The notes beneath the pieces were generated by a model. The model had not been told where the DNA came from. It did not search any database and worked only from the letters and a program-made list of their open reading frames with translations. From positions 74,896,001 to 74,960,000 of the forward strand of contig CM060733.1 in NCBI GenBank assembly GCA_030704615.1: a DNA stretch of 64,000 nucleotides. The letters are read 5' to 3'. Numbering within the stretch: the first letter of the stretch is position 1; every line of letters begins with the position of its first letter. Position numbers and translations under genes: made by a program. The stretch is from Takakia lepidozioides (lineage: Eukaryota; Plantae; Bryophyta). Shown here one piece after another: positions 37,101 to 50,894 of the stretch.

Positions 37101-40100
37101 ATGTTCTCCACAACACTGACCCTTAATGATCCCAGGTCCTTAAATCCAACTGGCATTGAAGGCAGTGGGAGTTATGGATCTCTGTTTGGTGGAGAGCTGT
37201 TGTTCAGGTCCCCGTGTTTATTGATTCTATCATCCTGAGATCCCACCAATTTGTAGCATTGTTTCTGAGGATGACCTCTGGTGGCGGATTAAAAGGTGGC
37301 AGGATCATGGACATAGATTGCGTTGTTTTAGGAAACCTCGCTCCTCCTACTGAAAGTTTGCTGAGAGGCCTGGACTGGTAGCTAGTGGGATGGTAAGGAC
37401 TGGATGCAGTGGCTGAAGAGGATGACCCTGAAGACTGCCTTGTATGACCTATCTGAGCTAGGGCTAGGCCCCTGGTTTCACAGGCATGTAAGCGACCATG
37501 GAACCGAATAGCCATTCATGTCCTGGCTGTGTACCTGAGGACATTGAGCTTCTAATTTGAGAAATGCTGCCGAAGCTTTACTCGATATTTCATGAGCTGC
37601 TATCCTCCTTAGGATTGAGGGGCCAGTCAGCACACGCAAAGATGGGTAGGATTGCCCAGTTTCCATTTCCTGACCTGTAAAACCCAGTGATCCACAGGAC
37701 CTTGGTTTTGTTGAAGACCAAACCAGGTGGCAGGATCATGGACATAGATTGCGTTGGAAACCTCGCTCATCCTACTGAAAATTTGCTGAGAGGCCTGGAC
37801 TGGTAGCCACTGGGATGGTAAGGACTTGATGCAGTGGCTGAAGAGGATGACCTTGAAGACTGCCTTGTTCGACCTATGTGAGCTAGGGCTAGGCCCCTGG
37901 TTTCACAGGCATGTAATCGACCATGGAACCAAATAGCCATTCATGTCCTGGATGTGTACAGGACATCATGCTTCTAAGTTGGGGCCAGTCAGCACATGTG
38001 AAGATGGGTAGGATTCCCGAGTTTCCATTTCCTGACCCATGTACAAGGACCCAGTGATCCCTCATAGGGATCTTGGTTTTGTTGAAGACCAGTACCTCGG
38101 ACTTCTTCTTCTTTTTCAAGTGTACTAGGGTATATGAACTTTACTGAAAATTTCCAACGACGGTTTAGTTACAGGGAATGGAAGCTTGTTTTATGCGCTT
38201 AGGCTCATGCCCTCTAGCTGGCAAGAGCAAATTGGATGTGGTTGCATTGCCAATTATACTGTCCAAGAAATTTGAAGATTCAGAGGGGAGAAAAAGAGGA
38301 GGGGGACCTTTACCCTACAAGAGAAGGTCACCCCTCATAGTATCTGGTGAGGAGAAAGAGTGACCAAGGGCAAAGGGCTTGCTCTCTCTTTTAAGAGAAC
38401 GTTCGCAAAGTCCTATTTTCCTTGCTATTAGTTAGTTCCTTTCTACAGGCCCCCTCCTGTTTGATTTAATGAAGCTGATGGAACTGGGTTCCCAAATGCA
38501 CCATTTCATCTCACCGGCTTGGCCCCTGCTTGTGCCTTGTTTTTAATTGCTCTATTTTCACAAGTTGGTGTTGGGAGCTCTAGCTTTCCCACGATGTAAG
38601 TGTTGTAGTCTTAGTACTCAGTGGCCATGTCAGCTGGGTGCTGGTGTGCTTTGATGTGTCACTATTTGTCTTTTTGATGTGGCTGACTTATGAAGGTGGT
38701 CAGCTCAACAATCCTTCCTTGGTTATTGTCCATGGTTGAGTGGCTTGTTTCTTTGGTATTTCCCTTTCTCTGTTAGGGTTGACTCTGCGTGCGGTGATCA
38801 TTGCCCATGATGTAGGCATTAAAATCGCGATGAAGAGATTGCTGAGCAGTTAGATGAGGTCTTCAGCTTTGTCACAGTAATCTGTACCAGCTTACCTATG
38901 TAAACTTTAAATAACTTGACCTTTGTGGCTGTTGTTCACATTCTGCAGCCCAGTCCCTTTTTCACAGAGCAATTGACAGCTTTTGAGGTGTGGCTAGAGC
39001 ATGGATCTGAATGGAAGAAGCCACCTGAACAACTACCCATTGTCCTCCAGGTAATTAGAGATCATATTTGTAATTCAAATGTCATGGAAGTGATTTTATG
39101 GTTATTATGCTGCGCCTATTGAAATTGTAATCTGTCAATATAACTGCATCTGGAATGTGCTCCAAGGATATTGCATTGATGTATGTATTCCTGGACCCCT
39201 GATTATGTGCCAGGCATGAGCTCCATCAATGTGGTTGACTGTGGGAATGCAGGTGCTACTGAGCCAATCACATAGGTTTAGGGCACTGGTGCTTCTGGGA
39301 CGGTTTTTGGACATGGGGGCGTGGGCTGTTGATCTGGTAGGCCTTCTCATAGTCAAGATGTAAGATGAAAAAAATTTGGGAGATTGTTGTTGCTAGCAGT
39401 ATTCTATTGTGGAATTCGTTTCTTCAAAAGTTGAGAATGCGCAAGACCCTTCTGGATGAGGGATGGATGCTCGCGGTTTTGTTGTGTAATCCAGATCCTA
39501 TTGGTAATTTGACATTGACACATTTTTAGTGCTTGCTTGCTGAGTCATCTTAGATTGTTCAAGCTCTAACATAGCTGCTCAGAGAGAGTCAAGTAATGAA
39601 AACAGTCCTTGTGCAACTCATCAGATAAGCTGGGGTTGCCATTGTCAGTACAACCAAATAGACCTGAATGAAAATGACAGAAGTTTGGAGAGCTATCATT
39701 GTTGGCATGACTGTGATATAGATATAGAAGTTGTGGTCGTGCAGTCATCTTGAATAACTTCACTCTGGTTAGATGAGAGTTGAAGAATATAATTCCTGTG
39801 ATTTTCTACATTTGAACCAGCTTACCTGTCTATTGATCACTGCTCAAGCTGAATATTCAATTTTCCTGGATTGCCAGGCATTGTCAGTGGGGATCTTTCC
39901 ATACGTTCTTAAACTGCTGCAAACCACTGCGACAGATCTCCGTCAAATCCTTGTATTTATCTGGACTAAGATTTTAGCACTCGACAAGGTATAATTTTCT
40001 GAAATTGCTCAATGTTCAACTCGAAGCTGCATATGTTGTACCTTCTTGTTTGCATTTCTAGGTTATGCTTGTGTTGACCTTCACACAAGGGAATCTTAGG

Positions 40101-43100
40101 TCTTTGCATCAAAGCTGGTACCTTCATTTGAAGGATAATTCATGTGTCTCTGCCCCCCTCACCACAACCTCCCCTTACGACTTTCCCTGGCATCTGTTGC
40201 GTTGTGCTCATCAGTAGCCTAGAGTCCTTTGCTACCTCTCCTTAGGCAGCTTCACATGGTGGGATTGCCAATTACCTCTCTTCCTGACCATCTGGGGAAA
40301 TCTTTGCAGTCATGCCAAGTTGATCTAGTCAAGGATGGGGGCCATCAGTACTTCATCAAGTATTTGGAGAGCCCAGACATTCTCACTGAGCAACGCGCCA
40401 TGGCAGCATTTGTACTGGCAGTGATTGTAGATGGTCATCCTCGGGGTCAGGCGGCATGTATCCAAGCAGGCCTCATTAGCACATGTCTTGCGCACGTTCA
40501 GGCAGCACCAAATGGCCCAGAGGGGCAGCCCGAGCCTCTGCTCTTACAGTGGCTTTGTCTTTGCCTCGGGAAGCTCTGGGATGGGGCGGCAGAGGGTATT
40601 GCTCTGGCCCTTCGTGACAACGCACCTGCCATTCTTGATCGGCTCTTAGCGGAGCCACAACCTGAGGTATGGATAGTTGCCCATGGTTCATGGTTCATGG
40701 TTTTTGGGCAAGTGAGAATGAGATGGATGGGGGGTGTCACACGTAGTACAATGTAATTATTATCGGATCCACGTATGACTAATAGCTTGTCATCATTTAT
40801 GAGAGAAATTCTTGGCTAACTTGTTTCCAAGAGTATGTGCATTAGATGTTTGATGTGGCCGATGAATCATGTCTTTGACAGGTTCGTGCTGCAGCTACGT
40901 ATGCATTGGGCACATTGGTGAAAGTAGCTGCTGAGATGTCTTCTGGAGATGTTGTGGCAATGGAGGATGAAGCGGATGAAGATGGGCAATCTGGAGAGCA
41001 AGAAATCGCTAGATATCTTTTGAGGGTTGTGTGTGATGGAAGTCCACTTGTTAGAGCCGAGCTTGCTATAGGTAAGTTTTTCCAGGAGTGTCATATTGCT
41101 GTGACCCATACAGCTTATAAAATAAAGTACCGAGCTGCAATCAACTAAAACTGCAAACTAATTATTTGATGCTAGTCATAGGGTTTAGATATGGTAACCT
41201 CGCCAGTGTCTTCTTCCCCAACTGGGATGCATGGTTGTTTGAGGTGATTCCCTGAAAGCTTTCATTGCAGCATCCCATCCTACAAAATTATGTTTTGAGT
41301 ACACTACCTGGAATGTAGATGTCTGGCTGTGACATATTTTGTTGAAATTGCCTCAGTGTTAGTTGCATTTTCTAGTGTTAGCTTGGAGAGGGAGAGAACT
41401 ACTATGCAATGAATTCTTTCATGTGAAGGGAATGTATGGTGCCATGTTTTGCAGCTTTGGCACGTCTGGCTGCCAGCCATAACAGGATGTTTAGGCAGGC
41501 GGCAGCAGCTTACCTGAAGCCGCCCTCTCACTCCACGTTGCTGCCGGCGTTTGGATCCAATCATCGGAACCCGGCCTACTCTTACCCCACACAACTGGTG
41601 TATGCCGGCAGAAATGCAGACTCAGATCATCTCATTCGGGTTTTGGATTCGGCAACGCCTTTCCGGCCAGTGATGCGCATTATTCCCACTGGTGGCTCTG
41701 TACCTCCCTCAGGTAATTTGCAAACATCACCATTGTCAGATTCCCCAGTGCACGAGGAGTCTCTGGGGAATGGCTCCAGCAATGGACTTTCTCGGCCATG
41801 GAGACGAGCAGAGGAAGGGAACATTTATGTTCAGTGCATCACAGCAGTGTATGCTTTGGCCAGAGATCCTTCTCCTCGAGTTGCAAGTTTGGGCCGGCAA
41901 GTGCTAAGGACAGTGGGAGTTGAGCCAGCTCAGGTTGTGAAGTCCTCGAGGGTCGGGGCTAATGGTGGGCCAAATCACCAGCGGAATGCATCTGTACCAG
42001 CTATCCCTCCTCCTGCTGCCCATAGAGGCCTCCACCGGTCCACTTCTTGGGTAGCCTCATCATCAGGTGAGCAATCATGCATTTGTTTTGGAAGTGCACT
42101 TGGTGGATCTTAAATCCTATGGCATGTGAAGGTGCTGTGGTGCTGCACTGTCTTTCTCTCTTTTCTCTCTCCCCTCCCTTTCATGGTAGAAAGAGACAGG
42201 AACTTATGTATAGTTTTAGGTTTTGTAGCTCATCATCAGCATGTATTATGGATATAACTGGGGCTTTTTCTGTGCTGCTTACATGACAGGAAATTTGGCA
42301 AGTACTTGGCGCATCCTCACACCTCCTCCGAGTCCTCCCCCTGGAACTGGGTATCTTACTGGAAGCACTGGTAATATAAGGCGAGTTGCGTCTATGGAGT
42401 TTGCCTCAATGTCAACGGCACCCTGGGACACTTCCAGGCCGCCGGTCCGGATCTCAGGTGACATAGGGATTCAGACCTTGTCCCCGATGCCCAAGTCCCC
42501 AAGCACGGCTGCTGGGCTTGCAGATGCCACAGGAATGTTGGTCGCCACAATGTCTGCGATGAACCTGGATGTAGCAGCACCAGTCCTGCCGGAGTCAACA
42601 CTGTACAGCTGGAGTTGTGGCCACTTTTCGCGCCCTCTCTTGGAACCCTTGCATGATGATGAGGATGAGGTATTAGCAAGAAGGGAAAAGAGAGAGCGGC
42701 TAGCACTCGAGGGCATCGCCAAGTGCTATCCTTCAAGTGAGTCGCGTTTTGGGAAATTCGTGAAGAATCTACATTCGTATTTTTGAAGATTCTGTCTCAC
42801 AATGAGAACCATTAATTTTACACGAGACATGCACTTTGTGACATCATGTTCTCTAGGTTGTGGGTAGTAATTTGATCACCTCTGACTAAATACCCTTTGT
42901 ATAGGAACTTTATTTGGCTGATTCTTTGTACTCGTGGAAATTTGATGAGAAGTATACCGGGCGCACGTGTTTGTGGTCTTGCTAATTTGATGGTATTCCT
43001 TGTGGAGTGGTCTTCATCTGTGGATGCTTACCTGCCTTGTACATTGTAAAGTATATTGACCTTAGGGCTTTGAAACCTTATTGGTAGCTAGGGGGACTGT

Positions 43101-46100
43101 TGCCATCTTGTATTTATGTCCATCTCTATCTTTTTGCTCACTATCATACTGAACTTTGTGCAGGTATGCTGTATCAAACTAAGGAGCTAACTTATATTTT
43201 GATACTATCACTTCTGAATGCTTTTATGGGTTTAAGAATCTGTATCATTGCAAAATATGCTACCTTTGAACTGTGCTGAATTAATGGTTATTTTGGCTAG
43301 TAACAGTAGTCCTGTGCAGCTGACACAGTTCTTGTAATAGTCCCTTAAGAAAGTCTTGTGGCATACATCAATTTGACTGCCTTTGTCTAGTCAATCTATT
43401 TGAGATATTGATCGTATTGGACAGGTGTGAGCAAAATGAGTGAGCAAATCGCATGTCGGGATACGGCGTCAGAAATGGGAAGCAAGGCTGTCCTGTTGCA
43501 CCCCTTCTATCCCATTGTTTGTATTGCAGATGAGAAAGAAACCATCAGGTAGCCTGTCCTGTTCTCTTCTCTCCCCGTCAGACACACACACGCAGATGCT
43601 ATTTGTTCGTCAGAAGTTGAATGTTGGAGTTTGCTACTAGCATCCTATCTTCTGGAGGATGAGATAATGGCAAAGCAAGAGACTTAGCAACTACGAAGAA
43701 TTTAACCTACATGGTTAGTCTAGGAAGCCATCAAAATGGTCACTGCCAAACATGATGTCATTACTTGCCTTGATGTTGCAGGATATGGAATTATGAGGAG
43801 GACGCAGTAGTGAACTCGTTTGACAACCACAATGCTCCTGACAGGGGTGTATCAAAGCTGTGTTTGCTCAATGAGTTGGATGATAGTCTGCTTCTTGTTG
43901 CTTCAAGTGAGATCCAGTTTCTTTTGTTTAAATTCTGAAATTTTTCCAGTCTGATGTGAAAAGTTTGGCTCTCCAACACTGTTGGTGCAGTTGAGGTTTA
44001 TGCCACTTAGCTGTCTGCAGCAGGCTGTGAGATTTTCCTTTGAATCCTTTGTATTTGGCAGGTGATGGGAGTGTGAGGGTATGGAAAGACTACACTGAAA
44101 AAGACCATCAACGCTTGGCAACAGCATGGCAGACTGTCCAAGGGCATAGGCCTGGTGCACGAGGCATCAGTGCTGTGGTAGATTGGCAACAAATGACGGG
44201 GTGTTTGGTACTCCTTGTTATATGATCCCTCGCTCACCCTGGCTTATCTGCTTCTGTTAGTCTCCCTTCTTGTTAGCATCAATAAGCGTTAACAGACCTC
44301 GCTAGCAAGCAGAGTTACTAAGTGAAGAATTGTTATTTGGACAGTTCTCTCCTTAGAAATAATATCTGACTTCTATGTTCTACAGGAGTTTGCAGAGACA
44401 TGTTAAATGCATGCTGGCTGTCTAAGTTTTGAACAGTGATGAATGTCTGATTACAATATATCTTGACTGGTTTTTAGTTGTCTTTTTGTGTCTGGATCTC
44501 AATTATGCAGTTGGGCCATGAAGCTTACTGGACCACTGAAGCATCTCTTTACTAGCATTAAGTATATGGGATAGCATGTTTCCTAGAGTCCAACTCCAAT
44601 AATTTCTTTGACTCTTCGAAATTTTGTGCCTTTCAGCTCAAGTGGTGTCCAACTGCTTGTGCTTGCATTGTGCAGTATGCATCTGGCGAAATTTCTTGGA
44701 TCATGGTGTGGGACGTTGATCGAGAGCAGCTGGCCTCAAGCATCCCTTCTCAATCAGATAGCTCTATTACTGCCATGGTTTATCCCATCAGCATTTCTTT
44801 TGAGCCCACTAAGCTGTTCCTCTTTTGGTAGTTGGAATAGTTCAGTCTCATGTTTTAGGGTGTTTTCAGACTTACTGCTGCTGTGTTTGCTCTTCTTCAA
44901 ACCAAAATCATAGATGGTATCTGTGTGTCTCTCTAGTTCATTGTCTGAAAGTACTTAAATGTCATTACCAGAGGCGTGTTGTGATGCTGATCTATCTTTC
45001 ACACAGCCATACTCATCTTATCCTTGAGACCTGAATCTAGATAGTTAAGAGATTTGGGTACGCCCTCACTGGCCCTAACCCATGTAGCTGGAGGCTAACC
45101 CTCCTGTGGGATGAACTGAGCGATATAGTCATCCTAATTATTATCTGGATACTAAGTGTGTGCAGCTCTGTATGTTGATTGTTGGTCACCAAGCTTTTCT
45201 GCTGTGGATGCAGTCATTTTCTAAGTAGCCGCTGCTGCTGTTGAAGTTGCGTTTGTTCTGTCCCTTACATCTGCAAAGCATCTGTTCCTGTGACTTAATG
45301 ACTAATCTGGACCCCTTTTCTGGAAGTCTGAGTGAGCAGATGAGAGTAGAATGTTGTATTGACTTAACAAACTCACTTTGATCATGCAACGTTTTCAGTC
45401 GGCATCTCAAACACATAGTGCACATGTGATCGCTGGCTGTGGGGATGGCTCAGTCAGGGTTTTTGATATACGTACTCGAGATATGTGAGTTCATCACCCA
45501 AAACCAATGGATTTGGACTATTGCATACCATGTATGAGTGGTGTGACTAGTAGATGCAGCCGCAAATAATTTGATGTCGGTGATAACAGAGGCTTGGTTG
45601 TCAATATAGAATGGCCTGAGTGCCTCTGGACACTAGGGTGTCAAATTTTTGTACAGTATAAGCTATGGTGGCTTTTGAGCTTGTTGATACATAGCATACA
45701 CTTGTGAGTTCTCCCACTTGAAGAGTGCATACCTGCTTTGATCAGAGTGGATAAATACAACACTTGAATTTCCCAACCTACTTTCACAATTTGAATGTTT
45801 GGACTAGGCGTAAATATCTGATAGCTTTTTGTGCAACCCAGGTGGTACGTGTTGATAAGTGTTGAGATGTTTTCTGAGCAGGCTTGTGTGTGCAATGAAG
45901 CCACACACACACAGAGTTGTGGGTCTTGACTTCCAGCCTCATTCTGATCCTGCTAAGGTACACTCCTTGGTGTTTTGCATGTGTGCCAAAATTATCTGTC
46001 AAAGTGCCAAGATAGTTGTCAGCTTTGTGATGAGGGCCATGGTAATTTGGGCTATCCTGTTGAGTTAGAAGCCCACGATGGGATCAATGGGGCTTTCCAA

Positions 46101-47242
46101 GCAGGCTCCCAGATCACATTTTATTACATATCTCCCCATGAATCACCTTTGCACCCTGAAGGCCAAACTCTCTCCCTCTGTCGGGAGAGAGTTATTGGGC
46201 AAAGCATACACAGCAGATTGATGCTTGTGTGATGGGATTTCTAGAGGATATCAACTCGGATCAATTGTCTGTTCCAAGGTAAGTCATACTACCGGCGTCA
46301 GCCTCTGACAAAGGTAGTTTCTGTCCCTTAGTGTTCTGCTCAAACTGGGCGCGGGGTCAATGGCCACAAGGCTACGGCAAACAACATTTTATGAGTAAAT
46401 TCTCTTGTGTTCCTCCCAATCTGGGCACGGGGGCTATGGCCACATGGATATGGCGATTGTTGTCTTTTAATTGCTTCTTCTCTCGCTCTCTCTCGTGTTG
46501 CATTGAATCAGTAGGTAATATGATAGCAAATGTTTGCCCCAGTGCATATCAGCTAAGATCTCTTGGTTGCTGGAGTAAAACAACTATGTCAGTCATTGAC
46601 CATTTCGTGACAAAGAATGTTTGGACTACAAAGTTTCTTTGTGTTGGTTTGGCTAATCTGACAAAACTTTTCTCGGGCCTTGAACCAAGCAATTTTGTGC
46701 ATTAGCAGCAGTTTGGATCTAAGGTGTGAAATGGCGTTGTTGCATTTGAGCACTTTCAACTAAGCTTTTGAACAAGAATAAACTCAATATTCCATTTTCA
46801 TCTTTGAAATAGACCAGTGGCCTGTAGTTACATAATAGAGGGAAGTTTAATTGTGAACAACTTGAAACATCGTTCTGAGGGAAGGGAGATAATGCTCTCG
46901 CAGATGGTATCAGCATCCCCGGTTGGAGACCTAAAGTTCCTAGACATTAGAAATACTTCAGCACCGTACTTGGAGGTGGATGCCCACAAGGGCCACTTGA
47001 CCTCAATAGCTGTGCACCGACATGCTCCTGTTGTTGCGACGGGTTCAGGGAAGCAGTTCATCAAGACCTTCAGTATGAGTGGAGAGCAGCTGAGCATGGT
47101 TCGTTATCACAACAGTTTTTTGGCCCAAAGGATTGGCCCCATCAGCGCGCTGCATTTCCACCCCTACAGCATCCTATTGGCAGCAGGGGCCACTGACTCC
47201 TTTGTGTCTATCTATGCGGGAGAGACCATTCAAAGCAGATAA
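31103..47242 (+). CDS. RAPTOR: Regulatory-associated protein of TOR (RAPTOR), 23 exons, apparently intact
   Basis: Exons read by eye, all GT-AG: 31103-31402, 31985-32087, 32528-32610, 33003-33161, 33517-33633, 34123-34283, 34672-34820, 35656-35800, 36420-36498, 38949-39050, 39253-39336, 39878-39988, 40310-40666, 40882-41071, 41455-42066, 42290-42736, 43425-43548, 43782-43906, 44062-44207, 44676-44777, 45399-45484, 45882-45957, 46904-47242. RNC motifs ([61 protein letters not shown]), HEAT region ([18 protein letters not shown]) and C-terminal WD40 ([12 protein letters not shown]). The start codon is uncertain (31103 or 31142). Confidence 0.97.
37294..38091. repeat. Tandem duplication (~430 + ~370 bp) in RAPTOR intron 9
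   Basis: AGGTGGCAGGATCATGGACATAGATTGCG at 37294 and 37725. Both copies end GTTGAAGACCA. Copy 2 has an internal deletion. Confidence 0.9.
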
Positions 47243-49252
47243 CACTCAAAGGTGGCTTGTCTCTTCCTCTTTTATCATCCGTTCATCCCTCACTGGGTAA
47301 GGAACAGATAGGCTAGGTTGTGGGAAAGTAGATTTGCCTTGGTCCTCCTTGACAGTGGTCTTCTGAAGCAAATCAAAGCAAAGGATATTTTTTAGACAAA
47401 TTTGGCTTTTGGAAACAAATTGTAAACATGGTTACTTCGTAATTCTGACAATCATTGGATTGTGACCAGTTTCTCTCAATGCAGTTCTCCTTTGTTTATA
47501 ATGGCGTCCTCCCCTCTGTTCCGTTTCTATCGGTTTGGAGGTCATCTGCAGGAGAGAGAGGTATTACTCCCTCCATTGTATGTGTTTTTATACATTAACT
47601 GGCGTTGGGATTCTTGCGAATTGTATCATGTCTTGATGTATACCCTGTAAATCTGCTAGTCAAGGAAATGCTACAAATGGATTTCTATATTACCTCTTTG
47701 ATTTTGAGATGAGGAATAGATTTTCTGTCATAGGTTGTGTAAGTTTAAGCAGAATCTCTTCAATCATTTACACTAGAGCCGTAACCTCGGCAGATATATA
47801 CTCCTTCCGTATTTTGTTGGCCTTGTATTTCATTCACTTGGCATAGTAAAGTAAGTCAAGGGTAAGGAAAGCAAATGAAAGGATTTTAACATCCAGCAGA
47901 TTTAGTGACTGTGTGGATGGTAAGACTGTCAATGATTGAGACAAGTGGTCTGTGATGCCAAAAGTCCTGGTAATGAGAACTGATGTTGGGAATTGGTGCC
48001 TGAATCTTTGAATTAAACAGGTCTCAACCTCTCGATGATTCTATTGACCATTTCAGATGATAAGAGCTTGATAATACTGCTGGTCAGGCCTGCATGTATC
48101 CCATACAGTTGTTCCTTTATTCTAGACAGTCCTTAGCATAATTTCCTGTTAAGGATTTCTCATAAATTAGGTGGATATCCTATTTGGAGTGTCCCTTGTG
48201 AATTACATGGATTATGCTAAATGGGAAAATGTGATATCAAAATGGATGTTAAATGTAGTCTTGACAGAGGGTACTGAGCAGCCGTTCTAGTGAGGGCCTA
48301 GCCCTGTCCGGAGTGGATTGTTCCATTCGGGGGTGTCTTCTGGGTGATGGCTTCCTTTGTGTCCACTCTAGGTCTAAGCCTTTCACCTAGGGCCATCCTC
48401 AGGCTGATCCATTCCATTGTTCAATTGAGTTGAACTTCCCTGTGTGGTTTTGTTGCCATTTACAGTGGTCATATCTGTTCAGGGTTGGATAGTAAATTTC
48501 CCCACTCTAATTAACCAGGACTGCCAAACAGCTCAAGTGTGCTTGATTTCACAGCAATCATAGCCATGTCTTTCTGGTTGTTTCTAGGGTCTTCTCAGCT
48601 TTGTGACTTTTTGTATTTTATTGTTTTTTGGAAAATATTAATGGTTCATCATGTTTCCCTGTGCTGCACATCTTTTGGAAGGACCCAGTGAGAGGGAATG
48701 TTACAGTGCATTGTCAGCTTCTAGTTCAGCCCTCAGATCAGTTGATGCACAAATATGCATGGTCTCTTAATCTTCTTGAAGCCATGTTAAGAAATGACTA
48801 AATAAGGTCCACAAAGTGCTGTTGGACAAACCTAATCTGCATAGTCGAACGGTTCAGGTGAGCTGCTGTTGTTTGAAATGGATAATTTTTGATAAGTTAC
48901 TTGAGAAAAGAGAAGAGCTGTTTCAGGCCATGCTGCAGTGTTAGTTCAACATGTAGGTAATGGTGATGAACCTGGAGGTGGGGAGGAATTTGAAAAGGTA
49001 AGAATCTATAGGTAGCGGCTGTGTAGAGGTCTGGAAAGTTTGGTATGTGGTTAATAAGGCTTTGCATGTTTCCTGAAATATATTTGTTTGGTTTGGTTGA
49101 AGCAAGTCCAAAGAATGGAACATTATTCAATCTTTAATGATAATATCCAGAAGGATGGTTGAGGTGGTCTCTCATCCCAAGATTTAAAACATGAAATAAT
49201 GTTAAATGTGTCCAACAAAATGAATTTGTCGATTTCTTGTGTTGGTATCAAC

Positions 49253-49560
49253 CAGTGTTGGGCGGTTCTTGCATTTGTGAAGGAACCTTCGGTTCCGGTT
49301 CCTCAATAAAATAATTTCAAGTTCCGGATCAGGTTCCGTTTTTTTTTTCTCGAGCCGGTCCCGGATCCAACTTTTAAACATCGGAGCGGTTCCGGTTATC
49401 GGTTAGTTGTTGAAAAAAACCATCGGTTCCGGTTAGGTTCCAGTTCTATTTTTAAATTGTTTTTATTTCATCTAATTGTTTTTAAAATATTGGGATTTGG
49501 TTAGTTTTCATTGAAACAAAAATAAACTAAAAAACCTGTAAGAGAAAATAGATAAATTTT
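49253..49560. mobile_element. DNA-transposon-like (hAT-like) left end with GGTTCC subterminal repeats
   Basis: Begins CAGTGTTGGGCGGTTC, followed by clustered CGGTTCCGGTT motifs. No right end found. Confidence 0.5.
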
Positions 49561-49682
49561 TGTGGCTTGAAGTTATGAATATAATTGAGTTATCTTGATG
49601 TATCGGCATATACTAGTAATTTGATTAGTGAACCCAGGACTCTCACCGGGAGTTGTTTGTGCTTGTGGATTGGTGATCTGAC

Positions 49683-50729
49683 ATGGCAAAAGCCCACGCC
49701 AAACGACGTACAAAACCACTCCCATGGAAGGCAGGGTCCTCGTCCGCAGATGCGGCATTGAACGTGAGATACATATCCACAAACGCACAAGTACAACAAC
49801 TCGACGCGCCCAAACAGGGAGGGTATGGTACAATTCGGAGGGTTAGAATTGTTGGGGATCAATTCATTCCTCCATCTTGGGAGCTAGCAGGGAAAACGTC
49901 CAGGGAAACAAATGTTGAGCTTGCCAAAGTCCAACATAACAATGAGGCGTTGGTTGTAAAGTTCCATCATTTCGGCATCATAAAGTATTTTGCGTTGCAT
50001 CCACGTCGAAATGAAGGTTACACACATTGGTGGAATGGGGGGACCATACGATCATGGTTGAGTATTGATAAGAAATTGAGGAATGATCGGGATAACAGGG
50101 AGTTAATGGAACAACATGGGACAGAGCAGGAAATGCAGGAGGTCAACCGACTGGTTCGATTCCGACATAATCGCACCCAATTGGCATGGGCGCTTTTGCA
50201 CATCATGCTCAACGTCCATAATCACCACCTCTTGCACAACAACATGTTCCCCGACAACATCTTGTTACATTTTTCACAAGGGTCTGAAGATGTGTACATC
50301 GGGGAATGCGATTGGGGGATGGTCTCCACGACGGATGACCCAAAAACTACGTTGTACATTTTCGAGAGCAGAGACAAGATGATAAAGACTCTCGCACATA
50401 GATGGTGGATTGCACCTGAAATTGCAATTGTTCATAATGTAGCCAACAATCAGTCAGATGGCACACCTCGTAGGTCCCCTCTAACCGTGTCATCAGATAC
50501 CTTTGCAATTGGAAATATAGCCCAGGCAATAAATGGGGGTAACACGTTCGATGCAAGTCTGTTCAACGATATATCTACTGGAACTTGTTTTGTTTCCGCT
50601 CTGGAAAACTTCTGTGTAGACACAGTAGAATTGCGGTACAAACTAGAAAATGTTGTGAAGCGTTTCATGACGGGGCTATTCAATTGGCCTGAGTCCAAAA
50701 ATTGTTGGAGGATGGATAGAAACTTGTAG
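49683..50729 (+). CDS. Intronless divergent protein kinase-like ORF (probable pseudokinase or pseudogene, transposon-associated)
   Basis: QGGYGTI (Gly loop), LAGK (VAIK Lys), NEAL (alphaC Glu), LLHNNMFPDNILL (catalytic loop, Asp replaced by Asn), CDWG (DFG equivalent), WWIAPE, SDTFAIG. Confidence 0.8.
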   Translation: MAKAHAKRRTKPLPWKAGSSSADAALNVRYISTNAQVQQLDAPKQGGYGTIRRVRIVGDQFIPPSWELAGKTSRETNVELAKVQHNNEALVVKFHHFGIIKYFALHPRRNEGYTHWWNGGTIRSWLSIDKKLRNDRDNRELMEQHGTEQEMQEVNRLVRFRHNRTQLAWALLHIMLNVHNHHLLHNNMFPDNILLHFSQGSEDVYIGECDWGMVSTTDDPKTTLYIFESRDKMIKTLAHRWWIAPEIAIVHNVANNQSDGTPRRSPLTVSSDTFAIGNIAQAINGGNTFDASLFNDISTGTCFVSALENFCVDTVELRYKLENVVKRFMTGLFNWPESKNCWRMDRNL

Positions 50730-50894
50730 ACCTCTGACTGTACATCATGTTTGAATAAATGTTGTTTTCAATTGTGTTTGTCTTGTACCATAATGTTTTA
50801 ATGGTTTGTTACTTGGCCATAGCACCTGGGTCCATCATATGGGATAGTCAAGCACCACACCCACGAATCTTGAGGAGTGACAGTGTACACCGGG

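Noticed and set aside
43457-43459. C-to-U RNA editing site restoring Trp in RAPTOR
   Set aside because: Plant C-to-U editing is organellar, and this is a spliced nuclear gene.
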